Shown here one piece after another: positions 51,241 through 64,000 of a stretch of 64,000 nt of DNA. The stretch comes from Eledone cirrhosa. Its lineage: Eukaryota. Every line of letters begins with the position of its first letter. Positions within the stretch are counted from its first letter, which is position 1. Where the stretch lies: assembly GCA_964016885.1 (NCBI GenBank), contig OZ024740.1, forward strand, positions 388,182,001-388,246,000, read 5' to 3'. A program made the position numbers and the translations under genes. The notes beneath the pieces are model-generated. The model made no database searches, was not told where the DNA came from, and was given only the letters and a program-made list of their open reading frames with translations.

Positions 51241-51306
51241 TCATGTATGTTATGTATGTATGTATGTATGTATGTATGTATGTATGTATGTATGTATGTA
51301 TGTATG

Positions 51307-51563
51307 CAGTGGCGGACTGGGTCTAAAAATATTGGTTGCCAGGAGATGAAGGGGGCTCACCTACATATAGAATGCTATCATTTAATTTTTATAATGAATA
51401 AATAACATTTTAAAAAAATACACAAGTGGAAACAAAACAGTGCAACCAAATTTTTGCGGGAAAATATCCTACCTTTTCCAATAAAACATTATGTATTTTG
51501 CGAAATTCAGAGACTTTCAATAATGACCTTTGGTCTTTCACACTCACTCAATATATATATATA

Positions 51564-51628
<65 letters not shown>

Positions 51629-52142
51629 GAGTGCGTGTATATATTATTTGTTAAAATAATCAATTCAAATTAATTCAACAGTTAAACACACATAGGAATA
51701 ATAAGATAGGAGCAATAACATTAAGAAAGATATGAACAACACCAATTCAATTTGTTTTGAAAGTAGGTTTATAAATATGAATTATCAGTAAATGTTCGTA
51801 GCTGTCGCAGGGGACTATCGTTAGGTACTAGAGACGGTGGAGGTCCCGGTCGTGGTTCAATCCTGGTCGAGAGGTAGATGTAATCTATTTCAATTTTTAT
51901 TTTACATCCCACAGAAAAAAACTGAAAAGGTTTACCGGGAACTCTACTGCTGACCAGGATCGAAATTCAGACCAGGATCACCACCATCTATGATTCCTCA
52001 AACTAGGCCACCGAGACAGCTATAAATGCACGATGAAAATTAATAATTATAAACCTACTTACAAAATGAAAGTTAAAAAAATGTGTCGACACCACATCTT
52101 TTTAACTTTGGGCAACCTGGCAACCTGGCCAGTCTGCCACTG
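51307..52142. mobile_element. hAT-like MITE
   Basis: TIRs CAGTGGCGGACTGG / CCAGTCTGCCACTG; possible 8-bp TSD TATGTATG / TGTGTATG (within a microsatellite). Confidence 0.75.
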
Positions 52143-52449
52143 TGTGTATGTATGAATGTATGTATGTATGCATGGGTGTGTGCGCGTGTGTGTATATGTA
52201 TGTATTCATGTGTGTGTATGTGTGTATGTTCTGGTTTTATGATTTCACAAATTTTTACCAATAGAGAGAGAGTCGGTTTCTAACAAAGACACAAGACTCT
52301 CTCATTGGAATTTACACAACATCAACTAGGTAGATTAGTTATGCATGCCTGCATGTGTAGATATGGATGTTATTGTATGTGTGGATGTGTATGTTTTGAG
52401 TTGTATGTGTCCATGTGTGCTTTGTATCTGTACATGTGTATATGCAGTT

Positions 52450-52975
52450 ATTAGATGCAAAATGTTTGGAATGTTTTACATATTTTTACTGTTCCATTAA
52501 TGGATTGTACCATTAGTTTCCTAACTAGTTGTTTTCTTTCTGTTCCTGTGAAGCTTAGCTTCTCAAGATTTATATTGAGGCAGTTACTAACTCACCCCAG
52601 TGCCCCAATAATCACAGGCATAAATCTGAAGGTGTAATCAGGGTGGAGTATCTGCAGATTTCTCATCAGTTCTGCATAAATATTCTCCTTTTCGCTAATC
52701 TTTGATATTATATTGGCATCTACTGGGCAGCTAACTCCCACTACTGTGCATGCTTTCTTTTCCCTGTCCCATATCATATCTGGTCTGTTATATCTGCATT
52801 TTATTGGGGTTTTTACTGGAACATTCCACCAGTACTCTTTCATATTATGTATATGTATGTCTTCCACACTGCTGTAGTTTTTAATATCGGGGCTATCTTT
52901 TCTACGGATTGCATTGTACAGTGTTTTGGACACTACATCATGCCTCATAGGTAGATAGTACCGTGATGACATTTT
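52450..52975 (-). pseudogene. RLE-domain 3' fragment of an R4/Dong-like LINE
   Basis: RHDVV, EYWWN, NRPD, VSCP, EK..Y..L, PVIIGALG. Confidence 0.8.
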
Positions 52976-53093
52976 TGGTATGTATGTATATATGTATGTA
53001 TGTATGTATGCATATGTGTGTATGTGTGTATGTATGTATGTATGTATGCATGCATGCATGCGCGTGTGTGTATGTATGTATGTATGTATGTAT

Positions 53094-53505
53094 TGGGAGA
53101 GATGACCCCCTAGCTTTTGTCAAGGCAGAATTCTAGGAGAATGAAAACTCTGATATAACACCTGCAACCCTGATGGTATCCAATGATGTTGACTTGTTCT
53201 TCTTTTTGGTAAATATCATCTTGGTTAAGAGAGTGGGACTGGCTTTGTGCAGTGCCTTTGCTCACTATAAAAGCTTCACGGCACAGGCATTGCTTTATAT
53301 CTGGAGATCTCTCTGCACGTGTCGTCACATGGTACCATGGGCCCAACACTATGTGTCAATAATTGTCACAAGTGTAGTGTTTGTACCAGAGTTTTCAAGT
53401 CGCTGGCTGGACTAAAAAGTCACACTCGTTCAGCGCATTGGTAGGGGTTCTCCTACATGGATATAAAGTAGTGGCCGTACTCGAAAACGAGTTGGCAGCC
53501 ACCAT
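53094..53505 (+). mobile_element. SINE-like copy (family of 29838/30388)
   Basis: Reverse complement of 30388-30800; (TGTA)n tail. Confidence 0.85.
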
Positions 53506-54204
53506 GTATGTATGCATGTATAAAGTATCTACAAAGTCATTCATTCCGTGAGTAAGATTACCAAAATTATCCCCAAATTATACATATATTACAACTAGTT
53601 TACGTGGTGCACAACATAGCCTATACTTTTATAGTTTTTGTTGTATGTGAGAGAAACATTTCTTTGCTTAGTACAACGCTAACCATACAGCCAGTATGCA
53701 TATGTCATAAATACGTGACTTATATCGATAACATTTCAAGTTTCAAATTCTAGTTGGCGAATGTGCAACAGCGTAAACGCCCATAAAGTACATCTGACAA
53801 TTAACAAGGCAGTAAACGAAGCCAGAAATAAGCTGTATATTGATGAATGTAATTCTGAAAATTTAGAAAAGTTGATTAAATTATCGATTTATGAAATTTT
53901 TTTTTTCCTATCGAGCTGCAAAGAAATATGATAACAATTTAAGAAAGTAAAAACTTGAACATTGGCATGTCATTAACAGCACATGTCTAAATGGTATGGA
54001 ATGGTATGGTATGGTGTAATCCCGTAAATCCTGGGGGAGTCATATAGCCGCTGTATTGACATACGGCGTTTCTTAGGCATTTAAAGCCTGGCAAAGCCCC
54101 CCCCCCCCCAAGCCTGAGTACAGCAAATTTCTTCCAGAGAAACATAGAAAGTGAGAGAGAGGAAATGAGAAAGTGATATAGAGGAAGAATTGACATCATT
54201 ACTA

Positions 54205-54335
54205 GACTGGTACTTTTTTATCGACCTCGAAAGGATCAAAGGCAAAGTTGACCTCGGCAGGAGCAGAGAACTCGAACAAACAAATATAGTAAAGCATTCT
54301 ATCCGACGCTCTAACGACTATGCCAATTCGCCGCC
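54205..54335 (-). mobile_element. Degenerate tRNA/Nin SINE
   Basis: CTGGTACTTTTTTATCGACC..AAAGGCAAAGTTGACCTCGGC. Confidence 0.75.
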
Positions 54336-55018
54336 AACACATATAAAAATAAGAACGTTCCAGTGTGGCGTAAATGTGAGAGTATAAATAACATTTTTAC
54401 TCAAATATATACTTTATTTATATTAATTAATCTCCAACTATGATTTAAGTATTATTAAAGGTCATTCGGTCATCCAACAGTAACTGTGGATTGTTGAGTC
54501 GTGGGCAGTTGTTATTCTATATTTTCTCTGAAAATATGAAACATGACTCGTGGAGTAACAAAGTATGAAGCTTTATAATTTCACAAACATTTCGTATATA
54601 ATTGTATTTTGAGAATGAGCACAATTGGCTTTACCTTGTTCGCGCCGTTGTACCAACACTTTCGTTGCTCTCAACAAGATGGCATTAAGACAAGCTCACA
54701 TTTTCTGAAAATATTGCCCAAAGCTTCGATCAGCAAATTGGATAATGATATTACTATGTGAACATTATAGCAAAACTAAAGCGAGTTTTTGGAATTTAGA
54801 TTACGAGGATAATCTTAATTATTCTGAATGCGAGACACTACATCTATTTCATATATACATACATACACACGCACACACGCACACAGGCACGCACACACAC
54901 TCACACACACACACACACAAACACACATACACACACACACACACAGAGACACACACACACACACATATATAACAAAGTTCTCTCGAAGATTGAGTTGCGG
55001 CACGACTGTATTGGAATT

Positions 55019-55845
55019 TATAGAATAATGAGAAAAACTCAACGCAAGAATAGCTGCCAAAACAGCAAACGCCGTCAATGATAGCGTCGGGTAAAATCTT
55101 AATCCAAAAGACACAATTCAACGGCTAGAAGTGTGTTGGCGGGTAGATTAAGGGGAAGAGAAGTAAAGAAGCATTTTCCCCTCCTCCTTGCTGCTTGTTT
55201 TCTTCTCTTCTCATTTTCCTACCCGTCGGTCCTGTTTGTCACTTCCGTTTGCTGCCACTTCCGCTGCTTTAGGTTTGTTGTCCTTTTAGCAGTGAATTGA
55301 TGTTGAACAGACGCATCCTACTTCTCTCCCTCAGATCTGTCTGTCTGTCTATCTAATTTGTTCATCTTATCGCACATACATCACAAAGAGCAGAAATATT
55401 TATTTTCTGTTGCACGAGCCAGTGTCGGATTTACCATTATGCTTAGGGATGCTTAAGAATGGGGCCCTGTTAGCCAGGGGGTTCCATCTACCCCCCCCCC
55501 CCCCCCAAAAAAAAATACTGACGATGAATTTTTCAAATGTTTTTCAAGGGGCCCCATAACCTAACTAGCACAGGGTCTCAGTCCTAAATCCGGCACCAAC
55601 ACGTGCGAAACTACATTCCGATACAAGAGCAGAAGACGTCAGATGATGTTTGTGTAATTTTGTTTCGTTCATTTTTATTTCCTCCATTTTCTTCCTTTTC
55701 TCCTCTCTCACTATCATTTCTGTGGGCCAACACATTTCTAGCCGTTGATTGTTCTTTGAGGTAAGACTTTAACCGGCAATGTCATTGACGGCATTTTACT
55801 GTATTGGCAGCTATCTTTGCATTGAGTTTTTCTCATTATTCTATA
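55019..55845. mobile_element. Non-autonomous DNA transposon with about 80-bp TIRs and a nested hAT-like MITE (55420-55597)
   Basis: TATAGAATAATGAGAAAAACTCAA.. / ..TTGAGTTTTTCTCATTATTCTATA; inner TIRs CAGTGTCGGATTTA / TAAATCCGGCAC. Confidence 0.75.
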
Positions 55846-55928
55846 TATATCTTGTAGAAGCCATTTCTATATTAAAAATGTTGTACTGTGTTATGTATTG
55901 AGTACCTTACTTACTGTGGTTACTCCCG

Positions 55929-56004
<76 letters not shown>

Positions 56005-56865
56005 AATGAGTAAAAATTATTAAAATATTAGGTGAGTCTAATGCAATCTCATCAGGTAGAAATGAATAAATCTAAACAATGTTTGTGATAGCTAACTGCA
56101 AAGCAGCGATGTTATTTCTTATATGCATATGCATATTCTAGTTGGTATTTGAACAAACAGCACCACTGTTTTGCAGCTCACATATAAATATTGTTCATAT
56201 TTAGTTGCAAATGGTGGACGCGTGTTTTTGTCGCTCGTAAAAATCCTCTTTAAAACCCTTATTTCATTGCATAAAAACCAGTTTCAAAGCATTGTGAAGG
56301 GGAAGTATATATCTATTAGTGTTTATAAGACCTAATTTAAAAAGGAAGGCTGTATTTTCTGATAGGTTCTATATATTTATCACGTTTTAATACTATATAT
56401 ATATCTCAAATACTTTTTACTATGTGTGTAGCTTGAAACTTCGATTCACTGACTGCAAGTAAGATCGTATATTTTTATTACTATTTTCCTGAAAAACCAA
56501 ACGAACTTGGAAAATAATTTTCTCTCTACAAGGTAAACACTTCTCATCGTATTTCGATACTGTTTATGTCTCAAACATATATATTTTTTCCACGTGCATC
56601 TGTTGAGATTTCGATTTACCGTCTATGTAAGTTATTATTATTTTTACTTAAAATCCGAACCAACGTGGCAAACATTTTTACTAACTACATCTTTTCGTTA
56701 TTTATTTATCTATCTATTTATTAATCTATTCATTCATTCACTGTTCAAAGGATGTTATAAAAATTAAAATCTTATTACTTTCGCTTATTTATTTATTTAT
56801 TTAATTTTTTAAATATAGATACAACTAACGTATTTAAAGTGGAGAGGAAAAAAATGTAATTGGAT

Positions 56866-56945
<80 letters not shown>

Positions 56946-57048
56946 GAGTGTGTGTCTAGATGTGTGTGAATGCATAGATAAAACTCTCACCATCCTTACA
57001 TCTCTCTCCCTGTATTTCTCTCTTCCCTGTGTTAACTTTCCACCACTC

Positions 57049-57343
57049 TTCTTTCTCTCCCACTATGTATATATTCCACTTTCTCTCCCGCTATGTATAT
57101 ATTCCACTTTCTCTCCCACTATGTATATATTCCACTTTCTCTCCCACTATGTATATATTCCACTTTCTCTCCCACTATGTATATATTCCACTTTCTCTCC
57201 CACTATGTATATATTCCACTTTCTCTCCCACTATGTATATATTCCACTTTCTCTCCCACTATGTATATATTCCACTTTCTCTCCCGCTATGTATATATTC
57301 CTCTTTCTCTCCCACTATGTATATATTCCACTTTCTCTCCCGC
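57049..57343. repeat. 28-bp minisatellite, about 10 copies
   Basis: Unit CCACTATGTATATATTCCACTTTCTCTC. Confidence 0.95.
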
Positions 57344-58219
57344 TCTCTTTTTCTTCCTAAAACAACATCTCTCTCTTTTTCTCTGTCTTTCCTCCATTCC
57401 TACTCCATCCCCTACACCCCGTGTCTATATTCCTCACTCTCCTGTCGTCCAGCCCTATCCCTTCTCTTACTATTTCCTTGCCTCCCTCTAATTATTTCTC
57501 GTTGGGATTGTGGGTGCATCATCAGCATATTTCTTGGTCAGTGATCTCTGCTTCACAAATAACACGACATTCATCTACAGCAAATGTGACACCAACGATT
57601 TTCTCGGATTATAACATAGTTGAACTAATAACATATAGTCCGAGATGGCTACAGATATTAAACCAATACGGAGCACATGGTTTCTATCAAAGATACACTT
57701 CCATGAAGGTAACTGGAAACGAATTCAGGAGGAGATCCTGAAGCAAAACTGGCCCGACGGTCCCTCAACATAAAACGTCAACATGCTTTAAATTTGCCCC
57801 GGAAAATAAAAGAGGAGAGACATACTAATGAGCGGAAACTGTAGCTCGCTCCTGGCGGATTTATATTTATCCTCCTGAGAGATTGAGGATGGAGCTTAGG
57901 AGGATAGGTTTAACTAGGCAGTTGGGTGGATGTTGTAGGTACATCCTTGATATGTGTGTTCCTAATTTCAGGCATTTCGAGAGTTTGCTGCACAAGATCT
58001 AATAAATAAATAAATAAACACATAAATAAATAAAAACACACACACGCCTGGATGTAACGCATGCGCAAACTAAGCACACAACGCACAAAAGCAAGATGGT
58101 GTAGGACAGAACAAAGGAGAGACACTCAAAATAAAAACCTAGTCACTGAGGATGTCACAGAATGTGTTTTTCATCTTGAATTTATTTCGCTTATTTCTTT
58201 ACTGGTTTAGGTATTATCT

Positions 58220-58378
58220 TCATGCTTTGACGCAAAGAGTTATGTCCCTTTACGATCTGAGTTCAAATCCCGCCGAGGTTAACTTTGCCTTTCATCCTTA
58301 CGGGGTCGATAAAATAAAGTACCAGTAATGTACTGGGTATTTGCTGGCCTTGTGCCTAAAGTAGAAACAATTATTATT
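58220..58378 (+). mobile_element. tRNA/Nin SINE, partial
   Basis: GAGTTCAAATCCCGCCGAGG..GGGGTCGATAAAATAAAGTACCAG. Confidence 0.88.
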
Positions 58379-58542
58379 AATGTTTTGTTATGTTGTAAAA
58401 AGTAGACTTCCCGATGCACAACATCACACCATCTAAGTGGATAGTTTCAGGGTTTAACATCGAGAGACGATGGGAGGAGGGGGAGCCCCACCAATTACGT
58501 AATGGGGTCGGAGTCGTTGCAGATAATAATAGTTTTGGTTTT

Positions 58543-61050
58543 ATAGAAACTAAGTAATATATATATATAGAGAAACTAAGGAATATATATATATATATAG
58601 AAACTAAGTAATATATATATATAGAAACTAAGTAATATATATATATATATATAGAAACTAAGTAATATATATATATATATAGAAACTAAGTAATATATAT
58701 ATATATATAGAAACTAAGTAATATATATATATAGAAACTAAGGAATATATATATATATATAGAAACTAAGTAATATATATATATAGAAACTAAGTAATAT
58801 ATATATATATATAGAAACTAAGTAATATATATATATAGAAACTAAGGAATATATATATATATATAGAAACTAAGTAATATATATATAGAAACTAAGTAAT
58901 ATATATATATAAACTAAGTAATATATATATATAGAAACTAAGTAATATATATATATAGAAACTAAATAATATATATATATATATAGAAACTAAGTAATAT
59001 ATATATATAGAAACTAAGTAATATATATATATATAGAAACTAAGTAATATATATATATAGAAACTAAGTAATATATATATATATAGAAACTAAGTATTAT
59101 ATATATATATATAGAAACTAAGTAATATATATATATATAGAAACTAAGTAATATATATATATATATAGAAACTAAGTAATATATATATATAGAAACTAAG
59201 TAATATATATATATATAGAAACTAAGTATTATATATATATATATAGAAACTAAGTAATATATATATATAGAAACTAAGTAATATATATATATATAGAAAC
59301 TAAGTATTATATATATATAGAAACTAAGTAATATATATATATATAGAAACTAAGTAATATATATATATATATATAGAAACTAAGTAATATATATATATAT
59401 ATATAGAAACTAAGTAATATATATATATAGAAACTAAGTAATATATATATATATATAGAAACTAAGTAATATATATATATATATAGAAACTAAGTAATAT
59501 ATATATATATAGAAACTAAGTAATATATATATATATAGAAACTAAGTAATATATATATATATATATAGAAACTAAGTAATATATATATATAGAAACTAAG
59601 TAATATATATATATATATAGAAACTAAGTAATATATATATATATAGAAACTAAGTAATATATATATATATAGAAACTAAGTAATATATATATATATATAT
59701 AGAAACTAAGTAATATATATATATATATATAGAAACTAAGTAATATATATATATATATAGAAACTAAGTAATATATATATATATATATAGAAACTAAGTT
59801 ATATATATATAGAGAGAAACTAAGTAATATATATATATATAGAAACTAAGTAATATATATATATATATAGAAACTAAGTATTATATATATATATAGAAAC
59901 TAAGTAATATATATATATATAGAAACTAAGTATTATATATATAGAAACTAAGTAATATATATATATAGAAACTAAGTAATATATATATATAGAAACTAAG
60001 TAATATATATATATATATAGAAACTAAGTAATATATATATATATATAGAAACTAAGTAATATATATATATAGAAACTAAGTAATATATATATATAAACTA
60101 AGTAATATATATATATATATAGAAACTAAGTAATATATATATATAGAAACTAAGTAATATATATATATAGAAACTAAGTAATATATATATATAGAGAAAC
60201 TAAGTAATATATATATATAGAAACTAAGTAATATATATATATAGAAACTAAGTAATATATATATATATAGAAACTAAGTAATATATATATATATATATAG
60301 AAACTAAGTAATATATATATATATATAGAAACTAAGTAATATATATATATAGAAACTAAGTAATATATATATATAAACTAAGTAATATATATATATAGAA
60401 ACTAAGTAATATATATATATAAACTAAGTAATATATATATATAGAAACTAAGTAATATATATATATATAGAAACTAAGTAATATATATATATATATAGAA
60501 ACTAAGTAATATATATATATATATAGAAACTAAGTAATATATATATATAGAAACTAAGTAATATATATATATATAGAAACTAAGTAATATATATATATAT
60601 AGAAACTAAGTAATATATATATATAGAAACTAAGTAATATATATATATATATATAGAAACTAAGTAATATATATATATAGAAACTAAGTAATATATATAT
60701 ATATATATATATAGAAACTAAGTAATATATATATATAGAGAAACTAAGTAATATATATATATATATAGAAACTAAGTAATATATATATATATATATATAG
60801 AAACTAAGTAATATATATATATAGAGAAACTAAGTAATATATATATATATATATAGAAACTAAGTAATATATATATATATATATAGAAACTAAGTAATAT
60901 ATATATATAGAGAGAAACTAAGTAATATATATATATATAGAAACTAAGTAATATATATATATATATATAGAAACTAAGTAATATATATATATAGAAACTA
61001 AGTAATATATAGAAACTAAGTAATATATATATATAGAAACTAAGTAATAT
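58543..61050. repeat. 2.5-kb compound satellite GAAACTAAGTA(AT)n, about 100 units
   Basis: Direct reading; nearly constant 11-nt core, variable AT count. Confidence 0.97.
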
Positions 61051-61308
61051 GACAGCTGCAGCTTGATAACGTCTGTCTTCCCCCTTATATGGATATTGCG
61101 GTCCGGTTGTTTAAGCTGAGATTGGAATGATGGACGGTCCGGGTTTGATTTGGCAGGAACCATGGTTACAAGCTGGTGTTCGGTTTAGGGTGTTTTCTGA
61201 GGATTAGGAGACTGATTGGAGAAATAACGGTCTTATTTACACACATACACACATACATACACTCATACACACCACACACATACATACACTCATACACACC
61301 ACACACAT

Positions 61309-61358
<50 letters not shown>

Positions 61359-61863
61359 ATGTGTGTGTGTATGTGTGTGTGTGTATGTGTGTGTTTGCAC
61401 GTGTGTGTATGTGTGTGTATGTATTTATTTCTGTGCCAGTGTATGTATTTATATGCCCATGTGAACTCACGTAAAATTGTATAAACTGTGATAATTTAAA
61501 AAGCTTTCTAATGTGAAATATCAAGGAATTCAGAAGCATAACTTAATTCTTCCCCTTCTACACACTTTAGCTTTTCACTTTCCTACTCATTTATTCACGA
61601 GAATCCTGCTTTATCAAATGTGGCGTTCACTTGACGAATTACATAGTTTCATTGTACCCTATAGAATAGCTGTCATGAACATGGCGGATTAATGGAATTC
61701 CAACATCAGGAATGTTGTTATCTATCATAGATTGAGTTCTCAGCAATATTAAAAAATTATCTACGCGTTGCAGAAGGTCTCACCACCGAGTATATGCATA
61801 TTTCCCTGCACACACATAATCACACACGCACACACACACACACAGGCGCACACACACACATAG

Positions 61864-61962
<99 letters not shown>

Positions 61963-62119
61963 TACACTCCCATACACACCTATATATAAAAATATATAGG
62001 CGCTTTTATTATAAATGTATCATATAAGCGTGTTGCTCTTGTTACTATATACGTGCCGTATAGAAGTGGTATCTTGAACAAAATTATCCCTTGGCTGTGA
62101 AGGATAAAACGCACAATGA

Positions 62120-63590
62120 AACAACAAAACAGCCCAACAATGTCTACTGACAAAAACACATACCGAATCGGTCGTCGCCCAGGTTAACAAGGGCTGCGTC
62201 CCTCATTCGGGAATCAGCATAGCATCGAAAAGTCTGAGCTACAATGAGCTCTTCTTGAAATACGGACTTCAATGGTCACTTAAACGAAAATAATCTCATC
62301 CCAGGCCCTCCAAGTTCAGCACCACAACGAAGACAAAAATTGCAACGTATAAGAAGGACTCGAAAAGAGCATAAAGAAGTGATGTACATATGTTATCACT
62401 CATTGGGGAAAGCATCGGAATAAAAACAGAGTAAATTCTTTCAGGGTGTGGAAGGAAAGAAATCCACAAATGAAATCAGGCCTGAACGAAAACAAACTTG
62501 GAAATGTAAGAAGAGATATTCTTAGAATGTAAGAAGAGATATTCTTAACAGATGCCGGGTTAAAGGGAATTAAGAGGAGTGTTGAGAAACCATTGAGAAT
62601 ATCAATACCAGAAAATGATGGAAATGAAAATGTGACAGAGGAGATACCACGAAACATATTGACAATTAACTTACCAGGGGATATTTCATAGAACATTGAA
62701 TGTATTAGAAACACAACAGAACAGGGTCAAATTGAATGACGGATTGACAGTATGTATGAGGATATTTCTACTCAAAGATCAGATAGAACAAACAAATCAT
62801 GTAATTCTCAATGATCGTGGAAAAATAAAAACATTAACATGTGTGAAGAAAAGTTGAAAAATTGACAAGTTGTAACCATAGCAAAAGAACTGGAAATCAA
62901 GCTGTTAGAGCAATAATTGAAGAGATGGAGCTTGATGTATCAGAATTAAATGAGTTTATTTATACAGCAACAACGGTGATGGAAAGGAAATTAGTGTTAA
63001 GAAAAAGCGAAAAAGACACAACGCTCACAAAAAACTACACTGGAAGGCAGAAATTGAGTGAGAAATTGAAATGACGTGGGAATAAATCACGATCCTGGAC
63101 GAAATAAGTGCTGGGATTCTGTCAAGTCAATGAAAGTGATTAAGAAATACAAAGTAACTTCAAAACCTGATATTTCCTCAATGAAAGAAAACTCGGATCA
63201 GAATGTACAGCTGAATGCTTAAAAAGTCAGAAGAATTGAAAAGCAAAATAGATTTTACATGAAAATTTAGCTGCTAATGTCGTATGTAAAAAGTTTTTAC
63301 TGGGAAATTGGGACACAGACAATTCAAATAAAGGAACTTCCTTCAATTCATCAAATTGTAGAACTTTGTAAAACAGTATAGAAAAATCTCATAGTTCGAA
63401 TGAAGAATGGAGAAAAAAAATGAAAGAAACCTACAATAATTTAGAATGGCAGATTTGGCAAGACATAACGATGAAAGAACTGGAGGTAGAACTAAAGTAA
63501 ACGAACAAATGGAAATCTCCTGGCATTGATAAAGTACCAAATTTTGGATATCATCTCTAATTGCTATCCATTATCTAAATCTATCAAAAG
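62120..63590 (+). pseudogene. Highly degenerate 5' part of an R4/Dong-like LINE
   Basis: Remnants such as ELNEFIYTATTV and GGAAATCTCCTGGCATTGATAAAG (KSPG.D) collinear with Dong B. Confidence 0.65.
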
Positions 63591-63591
63591 T

Positions 63592-64000
63592 CTAAAGTCT
63601 GAAAACATGCTCTTCGCTGCTGGTCACTACCACTAACGAGTGAGACATTCCAAGAAAGTATTTCTGGTGCCTGAAGAAATCAAGTCTTCCTGCCCCTGTA
63701 GTGGCATAGACTGCTACTAGTCTGAAAACATGCTCTTCGCTGCTGGTCACGTCTAGCATCACCAACTTACCCTCAGGATCATGGAAGATTGTTTGTATCT
63801 TGTGAGCCAAGCCTTTCCGAAATAACACGCTCCTGTACAGCTTGGTGATGCGTACCCCCGAAGTTGGGTGTGAAGGCTTGTGCCTCGGATATTCTTGTCT
63901 CACTAATGGCCACAACATATGTTCAGGCCGTTGTACAGGTGACCCTGATTATAAGACAACCCCAGCCAAGTGCATTTATACGGTCAATCCTGAGAAATGA
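63592..64000 (-). pseudogene. Degenerate Tx1 APE fragment
   Basis: VLFRKGL..DPEGKLVMLDVTS..FRLVAVYATTGAGRLDFFR; ends in a short internal duplication. Confidence 0.85.

Noticed and set aside
56860-57544. ORFs with 28-aa repeats
   Set aside because: By-product of the 28-bp minisatellite being open in all three frames
58140-58170. CTGAGGA plus short hairpin in a region resembling the 43400-43600 PLE 3' UTR
   Set aside because: The GAAA half is missing, so a ribozyme cannot be called
58543-61050. CRISPR-like repeat/spacer array
   Set aside because: Spacers are only (AT)n, there are no cas genes, and the context is eukaryotic

Overview
Repeat-saturated, AT-rich eukaryotic DNA with no recognisable host gene. 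The tRNA-headed SINE with a Nin-type core and the heavy (TA)n/(CA)n/(ATT)n load suggest an invertebrate, most likely an octopus or other cephalopod (inference). Coding content is all transposon: one apparently intact Tx1-clade LINE (ORF1+ORF2, about 9589-15615) plus degenerate relatives; several R4/Dong-type restriction-like-endonuclease LINEs beside (TAA)n tracts; Penelope-like elements (PLEs, RT + GIY-YIG); RTE fragments; Helitron pieces; MITEs; SINEs. The main signal missing from the ORF track is a dense set of type I hammerhead ribozyme (HHR) motifs between about 26 and 49 kb: about a dozen full-core copies in at least 8 sequence families, several with weak stems or core substitutions. They lie in PLE terminal repeats and in small (about 490-540 nt unit) non-coding, terminally redundant elements inserted in (TA)n, often with fold-back inversions. 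Together these look like a PLE-driven retrozyme-like system, including core variants (U3-A8, U4A, U4C). All folds were read by eye and none is experimentally confirmed.
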